Source of the DNA: Chiloscyllium plagiosum | Taxonomy: Eukaryota | Assembly: GCF_004010195.1 (NCBI RefSeq) | Contig: NC_057719.1 | Span: 34,907,537 to 34,971,536 of the forward strand | Direction of reading: 5' to 3' | DNA length: 64,000 nucleotides | Notes under the pieces: model-generated | Databases searched by the model: none | Told to the model about the DNA's origin: nothing | The model's input: the letters and a program-made list of their open reading frames with translations, nothing else | Made by a program: the position numbers and the translations under genes | In this document: one piece after another, positions 50,771 through 64,000 of the stretch | Layout: each line of letters begins with the position of its first letter | How positions within the stretch are numbered: the first letter of the stretch is position 1

Positions 50771-53700
50771 TTGACAACTTGACTATAACATGCTTAATAA
50801 ATAAATTTGTAACAAACATACAGGATCTGAACATTATCTGCCTAGCTATGTGTTACTTAGATAGCCTAGCTTCTTTGGGACACTGAGTGACTTCTACAGA
50901 AAGGTTTTCTCTCTCATGCCATTATAATACCAGTTGGCTTTTCTCAACATTAATTTCAGTGCTCTTAATTACTTTTTCCAAGTCACTATACTCATATGTA
51001 CTACTTCAGAGTCTTCTGGAAATTTCTTTCAGTGGCCAGAGTGCTGTTTTTTTCCACGGTCAGCATTTATTCATGTCTGCTATTTACAACAGACGCTATC
51101 AGAAATCATTTTTTTTAAATGATGGAATGTGGCACCAACTGTGGTTGAAGTTCAGGATTGTTGTGGTCAAGCAATTAAATTTGCAAACACCTCTTAAGAC
51201 CACATTTCTATTAGCTCCCAGAAACTACCATCAAGCAGATCACACTACTCTGCCATGAACATGTATGGCTTGGAATTTCGAGAAAAAAACTGAAATTAAT
51301 TTCAAACTGAATACATTTGGGCGTGTAATTCCTTTTGAGACCAAAGTGTATCTATACTCCTAGACTGTGGAAAACCTGTTTACTTCTCATTTTTGCAATA
51401 TATTTTAATTTCTTCAAATCAAAAGTCAATACAACAAACAGTTTAAACTAAGATACCCCTTTCAAAGCAGCCAAAAAAATTAAAAATCCTATCTACTTCC
51501 AGACCTGATTTAAAAAAGCTTTATTAATCAAACAAACCAATCTTAGTTGATGGCAACTTTTGGAGAAAAATAGTACATTTATCCACTCACTGGTTCTGAC
51601 TTCATTCTTTTGGTCTTAGTTACTTGTTAAAAGAAAATAATTTTGAACCAAGTGCTGGGAATTGTGTCATGTAAAGTAACATGGATTTTCTTCTACTGCA
51701 TCGCATGCAGTTTTTTGGACAAAGTACTTCTGTGCAGATCCCCAGACACACTCTAACCAATGCAGTGAGGAATATAATATGCAGCATAATAGATTTCAAA
51801 GCAAGGAATGTTATTTTTAGACTTTAATTGAGTTTTTTTTATTTGTTTTCCCAAGCACTTGGTCTCTTACCTCACTGTCACTCATGGTATCTCATTTTGT
51901 ACTGAAGGACTTGTTCTGAATTGAAATATGAATTATTTTCTCTTGTTTGTATTTGCAGTACAGGGTAAATGTTCTTTGGCCTTTCTGGTTTAATTTGCTG
52001 GTTAGAATATAGTATACTGTAGAATATTGGATTATTTATTTGTGAAGGAAAATAGCTGTAATTGTTGCATTGTGCATATTGGAACCAGAGTTGATGGCAG
52101 GTTAATATAACAGCAGCCTTTAAAGCAGAGCTTCCAAACTATGGATTGGTACTTGCACCTGAGCTGTCAGCTGAAATTGTGGAGTTGCAAGCTCCCAAGT
52201 CAACAATGGCTACTTTTGAGCGTCGACAGAATGTTAATACTCTATGGCCTCTTTTAAATAATTTTTCTAAAAGTGAATTGGCTAAATGGCTGATCCTTGA
52301 GGCTTGAATACTGTTTTGGTGGACCACTGTAAGGGTTTGAGTGGTGCAGTTCAGTGTCCTGGATTAAGAGACCTGCATTCAAGTCCCATCTCTGATCAGG
52401 GCGATTAGAAAATATCTCCTGTCCTGTATTGGTTTGGCAGCTTGTGGTGATTGTTCTGCTAGTCTGCATATTGCAAGGGATTTACTCCTTGGATAAATCC
52501 AGCAAAATAGGCTTAAATGTTGAGAATTATGGGGTCCCTCATGCTGTCTATGGCTACTAGATTGTTGTCTAGGAAGGAAGATGAGAAATGTCCAGCATGA
52601 CTATTTCCTTTCTGAAACTGCTCCAACATTTTCCTCGAGAGAGCAATAGACATTGTGTGCCATTAAAGGTGCTGCTTGTTCATTATATTTCTCAGTCATC
52701 ACAAATTCTGCTGCAACCAGAAGTTGTGGGATTCCATCTATACATTTTCCCATGTTTTTGTGGTCTATGTCTCACTCAAGCTTCTTCATGGCTTTTGAAC
52801 TACATTTCGAAATGAAAGAAGAAGATATATGCATTTTCGGACTTAGGAGTACTTGAACATGAATGTGATACTAAAGGAGTCTTTAGTTTTAGAGCTTACT
52901 TAAAATAATTAACAAAAGCTTCAGAACCTAAGGTGTGTCGACAGTCAGCTTTAACAGTTTTTGATTTTCTGTATCCATTTCCTCACCTTATTTGAGAAAA
53001 TGTCTTCAAGATCTGGTTTAAGAAACAACAAAAAGCTTAGATTCTTAATGGTCAACGAACCTTCAGACCTAATCTTCTGAGGTCAAATGTTGACTGAACT
53101 TCGTTGTCTTTTGCAGGATGCACCTGTGATGATTGCTAAATGGGCAATTTTGATTAAAGTGGTGATTTTCCTTTTTTACATCGTAACCCCCGAGAGGCTA
53201 ACTCTCTTAATATTGTAAACAGAGTGTGGACAGTTCTTCCATCTTTGATCAAAAGAACTAAAGATAGCAATTAGTGGGTTCTTTTGTGGCTGTAAGAGGA
53301 TTTATTCATTTACAATCAAACTAAAATTCCTTCAAGGTGTAAACAACTCTGATTATTTTAGACATACTGCATGTTGCTATGTGGCAGTTACTTTCTTGTT
53401 AAAACTATCAAAAAAGTTAAAGGTGAGTAACTTCTGCTCACTTCTTTAAAACACTGAACTTCCCAGTCAAAATTCAAAATGTTTCATCTCATCATGAAAG
53501 GTAATGTTCTGTCAATTTTTAAACACAACGCTAAAACTGAGAAACAGATGTGGGGAATATGTGTTCAGAATTTTGAGAATTTACCTGGGCTACAGACTTC
53601 ACATTGAGTGTTTGGAGAATGCAGAAAATTCTTGTATAAAGTGAAATGTGGAGATTAAATATTTATGTGAGAAAATTCCCATTAATATTTGACTGTTTTT

Positions 53701-53917
53701 ATTCAATCTTTTGGAAAGTTATTATTTTATGGCTGAAATGAAGAAATATTCATTATCACTGCCTGCTTCCATCTTAAAAATGCTTAAAATGTCAAAAATA
53801 ATTTGCAGGACATGAAGCAAATTAAACATTGTTTTGGATCTTGAAACATCAATGAATTAAATAGACACTTCTGTAACTATTGTACAGTAATATATTTAAT
53901 GTTGAAAAACTCTGTAG

Positions 53918-54002
53918 GTTGTGGCATACAGCCTGCCTAGGAAAGGAGCATGAAGTGATGGTGTTTGGTGGGAGCAAGGATGATTTACTTTCCTATGATT
54001 CT
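53918..54002 (+). CDS. klhdc1: KLHDC1 exon (probably 11)
   Basis: tag|..|gtaagt; LWHTACLGKEHEVMVFGGSKDDLLSYDS. Confidence 0.95.
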
Positions 54003-55729
54003 GTAAGTATGACAAAATAATGGATTTTTTCCAGATTTTTCGCTTTTAATATAATGGAGGTAAAAGGGGGAGAAAAAAATGTATACCATGGCAGTACAAA
54101 TGACTTCCAGTTGTGCAACAGCTACTGAGATACCTTAAACCCTAGGTGTTAGAATTCTGGGTGTTCCTCATTGTTGATAATTGTTTGATCCAAATTCACA
54201 ACTATATGAGTAAAAGGGAAATACTACAAATGCTGCTGATTGAAATACAAACAATGTTTGGCAAATCATACCAATATACAAGTTAGAAGCAGGAGTACAT
54301 TACTCAGCCTCTCTCAGCTGCTCTCTCATTCAATAATCCAGTTTTCCACCTACTCCCAATTACCTGTCATCATCTTGTTATCAAAATCAGCGCATGTAAT
54401 GAGAAGACAGATTATGATGTTTTAGGTGGCTACACTTTTATTAGAACTTTAATGAATGTTACATTACCTGCTGTGTATTTCCATTTTTATTTAAAATCAT
54501 CTCCTGAGGATGTATCCATTGTGGATAATTCTTGGATTAAGAAATTCAAACGAAAAAATTGACCAACCAAGAAAACTCTCTTAACGTTTTAACCATTAAA
54601 GGGATTTTAAGAAAATGTCATTGCCCTTATTTAATATACAAACTTCGAAGTTGGCTATTAAAGCTAGGTGAGACAGTTTGCGGATCGTTACAGTTTACAG
54701 TGTACCAGATTTGGAAACAATGAGCAAAATTTCTTATCCTAAGTATTACACCTCACTGGGGTAGCAAGCTGGAAACCTGCCATTCCCAGAATCATGGTGG
54801 ATAAAGACTTTACAAATGTTCGCAAAATTCCCCAAATTTACCTGTCTTTTGTAAGACCAAAGTTTACAGAAATTACACACCAGGTTCTGTACTTAACACA
54901 AATTACCATTTAATACAAATAAAGAGCTACAAGTAAACAATTATGAATCATTGACATTTAATTTTACTAATTAAAATTCTAATCCCCTTGAAAAAATGTT
55001 TGTGCACAGGAGAATTTTTATATCTGTCTATGTAGTGTGTGGAGGAAAAGATTGTGAAGGCAATTCAGTGGTCGCTGTTCACAGAATTTTCTGAGATTAG
55101 CGTCCTTGCTTGTCAGGACCTACAGCTTCTGAAGCTTTCTTCGCTAGATAGTTTTACAGAAAGCACAGGCGACTGGCTAACATTGTCTGACTTATTAAGA
55201 GCCACAGCTTACAGCAACCGAGGAGGCAAAATAATCTGATTTCCTTCAGATTTGAAGTTTTTTTTACTGCAAAGGAAAGGAAAGTTCCTTGTTTTTCAGA
55301 TGTTCAATGGCTTTTACCTAAGCATTCACACCCAGAAGCTGTTCAGTTACTTTGAAGACAATCACATTGTATTTACCTGCCAGAAGGCCATTGTCATTGA
55401 CAACTGGTTACCACTTCACAGACCAATCAGCTTTTTGTTGCTTACCAAATCTCCATGTAAACACATTCCCTCCTCCAGCTCATTTGTCGTAGCCATGCCC
55501 ATTGCTTGAACAAACTACGATGTAAATAGCACTTAAAAGGAAAATCAGGTAATTTGCTTTCAAAAAATGCAATAATCTCTTCCACAATCCTGGGTTTCTA
55601 ACACTGTCCTTTTCCCATCTCAACCCACCATAGAAAATTAAAAGATAAAAAAATACAGTTTTTACACATGCCCATTAAACTAGTTTGCCTATTTTCATTT
55701 TAAGTTGTGATAGGACCACAACTATTCAC

Positions 55730-56650
55730 ATTTTACGTTACTGATCTAAACAAAATAATTAAGGGCATTGTTGCTAAGTTTGCAGGTAACACAAAGGTAT
55801 GTGGAGGGACAGGTAGTGTTGAGGAAATGTAGAGGCAGCAGAAAGATTTGGACAGTGGGCATAGAAATGGCAGATGGAATACAGTGTGAGAAAGTGTGAA
55901 GTTATGCACTTTGGTAGGAAGAATAGAGGCACAGACTATTTTCTAAATGGGGAAAGCACAAAGGGACTTAGGAATCCTACTTCAGGATTCTCTTAAATTC
56001 ACTTGGCAGTTAGGAAGGAAAATAGAATATTAGCATTCATTTTGAGAGGGCTAGAATACAAGAGCGTTTATGTACTGCTGAGACTGTGCAATGCTCTGGT
56101 CAAACCATATTAAGAATATCGTGAGCAGTTTTTGGCCAATGAATCTAAAGAAGGATGTGCTGGAATTAGAGGGGGTCCAAAGGAGATTCACAAGAATGAT
56201 CCCAGGAATGAAAGGCTTGTCATATGAAGAGTAGTTGAGGACTCTGGGTCTGCACTTAATGAAGCTTGGTAGGATGAGGAGGGTTTCTAATTGAAACTTA
56301 CGGAATACTGAAAGGCATGGATAGAGTGGGTGTGGAGAAGATGTTCCCGCTAGTCGGAGAGATTATGATCCAAGGGCACAGCCTCAGAATGAAGGGATGA
56401 CCCTTTAGAACTGAAATAAGGAGGAAGTTTTGCAGCCAGAAGGTGGTTAACCTATGGAATTCATTGCCACAGAAGGCTTGGAGACTGAGTTATTGAATGT
56501 ATTTAAGACGAGATAGGTAGATATAGATAGAGCGTCTTGATTAGTAAGGGAATCAAGAGTTACAGAGAGAAGGCAAGGTAGAGAAATATATAAGACATGA
56601 TTCAATCAAGAATGACCTAATTCTGCTCCAATATTTTATGGTCTTATGGT
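55730..56650 (+). mobile_element. CR1-type LINE 3' part
   Basis: AKFAGNTK, KCEVMHFGRKN, VQRRFTRMIPGM. Confidence 0.8.
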
Positions 56651-56774
56651 TGCTTGAGGCTAACGTCCTAAAGTGGAAAAAGAGGTTGTAATATATTCAC
56701 TGCAAATTTCTGAACATGACATCTGTCAGAGTGAAATCTCTTCCATCTATTGTAAATATATATATATTTAATGC

Positions 56775-59170
56775 AGGCTGGACCAGCATTTATACCCCAT
56801 CTGTTGTTGTCCTTGAGAAGGTGGTGGTGAGGTGCCTTCTTGAACTACTGGAATTCATTTGTTGTAGGTAGATCCACAATGCTCTTAGGGAGAGAGTTAC
56901 AAAACTGAACCGGCGACACTGAAGGAATAGCAATAAATTTCCAAGTCAGTATGGCGGGTCGCTTGGAGAGAAATGAGCAGGTGGTGGTGTTCCCTTATAT
57001 CTGCAAAGTTTTATCATTCTAGATGGTAGTGGTTGTGCGTTTGGAAGGTACTGTCTAAGGAGCCTTGTGAATTTCCAGTGCATACTGTAGATGGTACACA
57101 CTGCTGCTGCTGAGTGTTGGTGGAGGGAGTAAGTGGACTGCTTTGTTCTGGATGGTATCCAGCTTCTCAAGTGTTGTTAGAGCTGCAGTCATCTGACCCG
57201 ATGGGGAGTATTCATCATATTTCCAATTTTTGTCTTGTAGATGGTTGACAGGCTTTGAGAAGTCAAGAGGTGTGTTATTCACCATAGGATTCCTAGCCTC
57301 TGACCAGGTCTCATAGCCATAGCATTTATATGGCATGTCCAATTCAGTTTCTGGACTGTGGGATAACCAGAAGGCTGATTGTGGGAGAATCAGTGATGGC
57401 AATGCTATTGAATATCAAGAAGAGATGGCTAGATTCTCTTCTGTTGTAGATAGTCATTGCCTGGCATTTGTGTGTTGTGAATGTTACTTGCCACTTGTTA
57501 GCCCAAAGCTGATTGTCCAAGTTGTGCTGATTTGGACATAGATCACTTCAGGATCTGAAGAGTTGTGAATGGTTCTGAAAATTGTGCATTCATCAATGAA
57601 CAGCTCTGCTGATGAAAGGATGTTCATTGATGATGTAACGGAAGATGGTTGGGCCAAGGACACGATCCTGAGGGACTCCTGCACATATCCTAGAGCTGTG
57701 ATGAATGACTTCCAACAAACACATAGAGGAAGGAATATGGACATAATGATTGAACAGCTAGTGAGAGTAGGGGAGGAATACTCACTCATTTAAAGCAAAG
57801 AGCTGATTGAGAAAAGTAAATCAGGTTATTAGCGAATTAGCAATAACCTGAACACTGACACTCAGTTTGAGTTCTCCCAGGGCCACTCATATCCTGACCT
57901 CATCACAGTCTTGGTTCAAACATGGACAAAAGAGCTGAATTCTGGAAGTGAGGTGAAAGTGGCAGCCCTTGACATCAAGAATGCATTTGACCAATGTTGC
58001 ATCAGAGAGCTCTAGCAAAACTGGAATTAATTGGGATGAGAGGACAAGCTCTCTGCTGACTGGATTCATACCTGTCAATAGGACAATGGGTTATGATGAT
58101 AGAAGTCAGTCATCTGAGCTCCAGGACATCTCAGCGAGTTTTGAGAGGATTTGTAGCTCAGGTTGAGGTTCTGGATGTTTGACACCACTTTGACTAGGAC
58201 AACACATCCATCCTAGAACAAGCCAAACAAAGACACGCTTGAGGGTTCCTAGAAGCATGGCATTCCAACCAGAACTCTATCAACAAACACATTGAGTTAG
58301 ACCACGTCAACCACCCCCTGAGAAAAAGAACAGGAAGTGACTTCACCACAGGAAATGACATCACTGACCCAAGGAAACCCAAACATATAAATAGAAAGCA
58401 GGAATTATCAGCAGTGCTTCATTTGAGGCCCACTGAAAATGTTACCTAGTAGGTGACGAAACATCTGGAAATGAACCTTCCAGCTCAGCGAGCAAACCTA
58501 CATCCAGATCCAGAACATCTCAGCAGGGGTTTGTCAGGATAGTGACCAAGGCCCAACCATTTTCATCTGTTTCATGAATGATCTTCCTGCCATCACAAGG
58601 TCAGAAGTGGGATATTCGCTGATGATTAGTGCTGAACATTGTCCATCCACTCTCCTAGATACTAAACAAGTTGATGTGCAAATGCAACAATAACTGAACA
58701 ATATCCTGGCTTGGCTGAAAAGTAGCAAGTAACATTCAAGCCACTCTAATGCCATCTCCAGTAAGAGACAATCTAATCATCATCCCATAACAGTCATGTT
58801 GCCGTAACTGAATCCCCCACTATCAACATCCTGGGAGTTATCATTGACACGTAGTAGCCGCAGTATATATTATCAGCAAGGTATATTGCAAAATTCCTCA
58901 AAGATCCTTAGATGGCATCTTCCAAGCCCACAACCACTTCCATTTAGAAGCACAAGCACATCTGTGTATGCCCCTCAGGTCTCTCACCATCCTAACTGGA
59001 AATATATTGATGTTGCTTCACTAATGTTGGGTCAAAATCCTGGAATTCTCTCCCTAACTGCACTGACAGTCTACGTACAGCACATGGACTGCAGCAGTTC
59101 AAGAAAGCAGCTGACCACGACATTGGCATGGGCAATAGTGGCCAGCCAGTGAGGTTTGTCCCATGAGTGA
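56775..59170. mobile_element. Two opposed fragments of the CR1/L2-group LINE (- ~56775-57700, + ~57880-59170)
   Basis: Same family as 7130-8462; VAALDIK.AFD motif at ~57960. Confidence 0.65.
58136..58508 (+). mobile_element. Penelope-like fragment with inverted 5' tip and 16-bp TSD
   Basis: HHFD.DNTSILEQAKQRHA..FLEAWHS; mutated hammerhead ~58430-58468; TCCAGGACATCTCAGC / TCCAGAACATCTCAGC flanks. Confidence 0.8.
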
Positions 59171-59881
59171 ATTTTTTTTTAAAATCATTTGGATTCAGAA
59201 TAGGTACACAAATCATGTAGTAAGAAAACAATGTTGTGGATTAATGCAATATTATTGCTTGCAAATTGGTTTTTAATTGTTAGAAATGGAAAACAATTTT
59301 TGTCTGGTTCACTGAAATTTTCAACCACTGACTCGCACCCTGGTTTATTTGGTCATCTAAGTTAAATAAAGAATTTTGTTTGGATTTCATCTTGGAAATC
59401 TGTGAAACAAATCAATTTGAAGCAAGTTTCTAAATAGCAAAATAATGCATCTTTAGGCTTCAAAACCAGACTTTTGTTTTTTTTTGCAATCCTATATTTT
59501 TAGTAACTTCTTCAAACAAAATTGTGTAATTATACAGACTATAACTGTAATCCAATATATTTCTGTCGCAAAAAAGAATCGTATTGGACTTGAAACATGA
59601 ACTGTGTTTCTCATTGTTAAATGTGCTAAGTTTCTCTAGCATTTTGTTTTCATTTCAAATTTTTACCATCTCCAGTATTTTACTTTCATCTCAAACTAAG
59701 CATTTAGTTTAGATAATATTTGGAGAAGTTAGAACAAATTTGAATAATCAGCTTAAATAAAAATGTAGCATTTATTTATGCTTTTATTAATATATTAGGC
59801 AATGTAGTTTTCTAAATTGTTGTTAGTGCACATCAATGGATAGTGGTGTGTTATCTGTTTTTCTGCTTTTTTTTAAACTAG

Positions 59882-59934
59882 GGTCACTGTAATGATGTGC
59901 TTATCTTTCAAACACAACCCTATTCACTTTTCAG
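59882..59934 (+). CDS. klhdc1: KLHDC1 exon (probably 12)
   Basis: tag|..|gtaaat; GHCNDVLIFQTQPYSLF. Confidence 0.94.
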
Positions 59935-61899
59935 GTAAATGTTAAAATTTCCTTTGACTTTACATTTTATTTGTAAATTTATCCGTAGTTAATGTTAACC
60001 ATTGTCTAATTTGAAAACTAGTAAATTATGGTCTTTATTGTTATTTCAAGGCATGTCAACATTGAATGTGAGAGAAGATAGCTTAGAATTTTAATTTGAA
60101 CAAACACATTGAAATGTTGACTAGTTTACTGACCTATTGTATCTAATAAAATTAAGGAAGGTAATAAGAAATTCTTGAGCGCAACAACTGTGGGTTCAAA
60201 ATTAGGACAGAATCTGGTGCTGAAGTCAGTGGATGATTTGAATAACTTCAGGCCCTAGATCTGGATAGTAGTAGTGTTGTGACTTTCTCTCTGTGGAACA
60301 ACTGATCACAGAAATTGAAATTTACAACCTTATAAACTTTTGTCCTGAGCAGTCTGAAAGCTGTTATATGTTCCTCCTCTCTTCATGACTCCTCAAAATT
60401 GGTGGGATAGATGTCGCAGACACCCTAAAATGCTTCAGCACACCTTCAGTCTGAGTTTGTTTATTGGCGATGAGATTTGTTTTTAAGATCAGCATTAGGC
60501 CCAGTCAGTGAATTTCTCACTCATCTAATTAGTGGCTTTATGTAATAGAACATGTGGATGTGATCCAGAACCTCAGCACCTGTTGGGAATCTCACACTCC
60601 ATTAATTGCAGAACTTTGTTATGCTGCTGCTAATTGATAGGGAAGATGTGAACTGGGAGGCTTAAAGATATATTGTACTTAGCAGTTTTTGTTCATCTAT
60701 TTCTGAGCTGATGATTACAATAACAGCTTGAAATTAATATTTGTTACTTCTATGGTCACTGGCAGTGGGTGCAGGGGTTTGACTCTGGATTTGCTTTCAA
60801 TATAGCTATAACAATCACTACCTGTTATGAATCAAATTCTGAAATCATTGGTCCTTTGGTAGCCATGGAGTTTCATGTTTCTGCTTATCTACTGCACTGT
60901 AGAAATTCTGGTGATGTGTGCAATCGCAGATCTGTTTGTCTATTCATTGCCTTTCTATTTACACCAAAAGGGTTATTATTTCAATGTCTAGCAGCCCATT
61001 TTAGGAGACTGCATGCAGTCACAGATATTTTCTAATCAACCTGTTGAGAAATATTATTACATGCCTCGTTCTGTACTAAGTATGTAATAAGACCAATAAA
61101 CTTTAGATCAGGAACTTGACATACAAAAATGAGTAGAAATCTGGCATTATATGTTGACTCAATTTTTTTTGACTTGAGTATGCACTTTTCACCTAAAGAT
61201 CAAGCATTACTGACTGGAGAATGCACCACTCTGTTGGAGTAAACTCAGTGTTTTGTATTGTTCTAAAATTGGTAGCTGGATTTCATTTGATCCATGCACT
61301 CTAGCTTCAGTCCAACAATGCATATTCCCTGTTTGTACTCATGAACTTAATTGTTTTGGATTCGGTTCATTTGCTTAATGTCAGCATGTGTCAGACAAGG
61401 ATTACCAGTTTGCATTTGTCAATATGTGGTCAGTTTACAGGATGAGATACTTTCTGTGGAGCTTCTAGCAATGACTGCAGTTGAAAGAGCAGGGACTCTG
61501 TTTTAAAGCAAGGTTTTCACAAGCACTTTAAGGCATAGCAAGCACAAATATCATTCTGTTTTCCCTAATGCCTATAAAGTCAGAGAGGTCTGTGAGAAGT
61601 GGCCAATGAAGTGGATTTCACAATTGCTGGAATGAAGTCCAGTGAAGTGATCAGAAGTGGTAACATTGAGGATTACACTGTGATCTTATATTTGCACAAT
61701 TATCAATGCTATTGTATTTCCCCCAGCCAAACTTACTTTGTACACCTTTCTGTGGTTTGTAATTAGACTGCATTGTAGACTTTGTATCATTTTGTTTGAT
61801 CAGCATCAAAGTTCTAGCACAAACCTTGATACGCAAACGCCAATAATTATTTCTGTGCAAAGAATGACACACACGCATGATATATATCTGAAGCATGTG

Positions 61900-63178
61900 G
61901 TCATGAGTATGGTGCTGGAAAATTACAGTAGGTCAGGCAGCATCCAAGGAACAGGGGAATTGACGTTTCAGGCATAAGCCCTTCATCAGGAATTAGGCTT
62001 GTGGGCCAGGAGGGTGCTGAGAGATAAGTGGGAGGGGGCGGTGGGGCTGGGGGAAGGTAGCTGGGAATGTGATAGGTAGATGAAGTTGGGGATGAAAGTG
62101 AAAAGTCAGAAACGAGGGTGGAGTGGTTAGGTGGGAAGGAAGATGGACAGGTCAAGAGGGCGATGCCGAGTCGGAGGCTTGGGACTGGGATAAGGTGGGG
62201 GGGGGGAAATAAGGAAACTGATAAAATCCACATCGATCCCATGTAGTTACAGGGTTCCAAGGCAGAAGATGAGGCATTCTTCCTCCAGGTGCTGGGTGAT
62301 TAGGGTTTGGCGATGGAGGAGGCCCAGGACCTGCATATCCTTGGTGGAGTGGACAGGGCAGTTGAAGTGTTCAGCCATGGGGTGGTGAGGTTGGTTGGTG
62401 TGAGTGTCCCAGAGATGTTCTCTGAAACGATCTGCAAGTAGACGTCCTGTTTCTCCGATGTAGAGGAGATCACATCGGGTACAACAGGTACAGGAGATGG
62501 CGTGTGTGGAAGTACAGGTAAATTTCATTCTGGATGTGGAAGGATTCTTTGGGGCCTTGGATGGAGGTGAGGGGGGAGGTGTGGGTAGAGGTTTTGCTCT
62601 TCTTGTGGTGGCAGGGAAAGGTGCTGGGAATTTGGTGTGGGCTGCTGGAGGGCATGGATCTGAAATGCTGATGGGGTGGGTAGGGAAATATATCGAATGT
62701 AGGTGGGGAATACCTGGCCTAAGGGAGACAGGATGGTGTCAAGGTATGCAGCGATGAGGGGCAGGAGCAGGTTCAGACAATGGTACCAACCAATTCCACT
62801 GCCCCATGGTTGAACACTTCAACTCCCCCTTCCACTCCACCAAGGGCATGGAGGTCCTGGGCCTCCTCCATTGCCAAACCCTAATCACCCAGCGCCTGGA
62901 GGAAGAATCTTCCTCTTGGGACCCTGCCATCACACAGGAACAACGTTGATTTCACCAGTTACCTCATTTCCCCTACCCCCCCCACCTTATCCCAGTCCTA
63001 GTCACCCCCTCCCATTTATCTCTCCGCACTGCCCCTCATACCCCTCTTCGGCCCACAAGCCTCATTCCTGATAAAGGGCTTTTGCCCCAAAACTTCAATT
63101 CGCCTGCTCCTTGGATGCTACCTGACCTGCATCACACTCTCGACTCTGCTCTCCAGCTGCAGTTCTCACTTTCTCCTA
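61900..63178. mobile_element. Penelope-like element in inverted arrangement (- GIY-YIG 61900-62660, + fragment 62780-63178)
   Basis: FTCTSTHAISC.CCTRCDLLYIGETGRLLADRFREHL; hammerhead core 61962-61989 (-), mutated copy 63068-63096 (+). Confidence 0.82.
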
Positions 63179-63627
63179 GTGTGAAGCATATACCTGTCTT
63201 CTAAAATTGGACAAAAAATTTAAGTGCTTTAGTATATACGTTGCAATGTCTGTTCTGCTATTTGATACATAATTCTGTTTTTATAGGAAAAGCAGCAGCA
63301 CATAATGAGAGAGAGAGAAAAATAGGAGGCAGATAGGCCAAATCATCTTGCCATTTTTAAGGGCAATCCACTTAAATACGTGAACAGGACTTTGTAAAGT
63401 AAACATGAAATGGGAATATAAGACTTGGCTCCAGATCATAGGTGAAGTTTAGTGATAGTTTGAGCAAACTGAATTATGCATCGCCCTAATGAGTGAGGAT
63501 GCATCCATAAAATCTGAAAAATGCACTGTGCCACACTGCTTTTAATTACTAAGTTTTCATGTAGATACCAGATAATCGATGTGAAGGCTTAGTTATGCTG
63601 GGTGATGCATTTTCTTTTACTTTGTAG

Positions 63628-63760
63628 GTTGTGCTTAGACTGCATTGCAAAAAATTCCACAGTTTTGCAAAATCAACTTCCATGGTTACCTCATCAATTG
63701 TTTTCTCAAGTGCAAAAGAAAATCACTTTCTGGGTTTCAGCTGGACACCAAGAGAAATAA
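63628..63760 (+). CDS. klhdc1: KLHDC1 terminal coding exon (BC-box/cullin-box region)
   Basis: tttgtag|; LCLDCIAKNSTVLQNQLPWLPHQLFSQVQKKITFWVSAGHQEK*, followed by a second TAA. Confidence 0.93.
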
Positions 63761-64000
63761 TAATGTATTTTAAACTGCAAGTTTAATTCAAGAAGGTTTG
63801 CGTACATAACATTTAATGATGTATTTCACAATATACATCATTGCAATGAGCAAATGTAATATTTGAGATGTACAAACCCAAATTGGGTTGATTATAAACG
63901 TGATTGTTGTTCTGTTGTACAATATTTTATTCAGTTTTGTAGACTAATTAACATAGCTACTATGTTAATACATTTTATATCATTCTGGAACTAGATTTGG

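Noticed and set aside
54700..55590. Possible solo LTR
   Set aside because: The composition suggests one, but termini and TSD could not be fixed with confidence.
62020..62210. G-quadruplex regulatory element
   Set aside because: The G-rich tract is the ordinary 3' region of the Penelope family, and its complement also occurs at 21100-21280.
18005..63760. Assignment to klhdc2
   Set aside because: GGYDD.GYSN, DKLSCWVYKD and QTQPYSL..KKITFW match KLHDC1 rather than KLHDC2.

Overview
Vertebrate genomic DNA, almost certainly from a shark or ray (HE1-type V-SINEs, HER1/CR1 LINEs). It carries 11 + strand coding exons of klhdc1 (kelch domain-containing 1), from 18005 to the stop at 63760, all with GT-AG sites and matching splice phases. 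The first two exons were not found and probably lie upstream. The introns hold mostly decayed retroelements: a Gmr1-like Ty3/gypsy element (PR-IN-RT-RH order, SCAN-like gag, tRNA-Pro PBS), an ERV-like LTR+PBS+leader, Tx1, Rex1/Babar, CR1, L2, a copia-like remnant and SINEs. The most interesting signal is about 14 minimal type I hammerhead-ribozyme motifs from at least four Penelope-related repeat families. Most sit in short, often fold-back insertions with 11-16 bp target-site duplications, and copies on the klhdc1 sense strand appear more often inactivated. All family assignments come from motif recognition by eye, not database searches, and TE boundaries are approximate.
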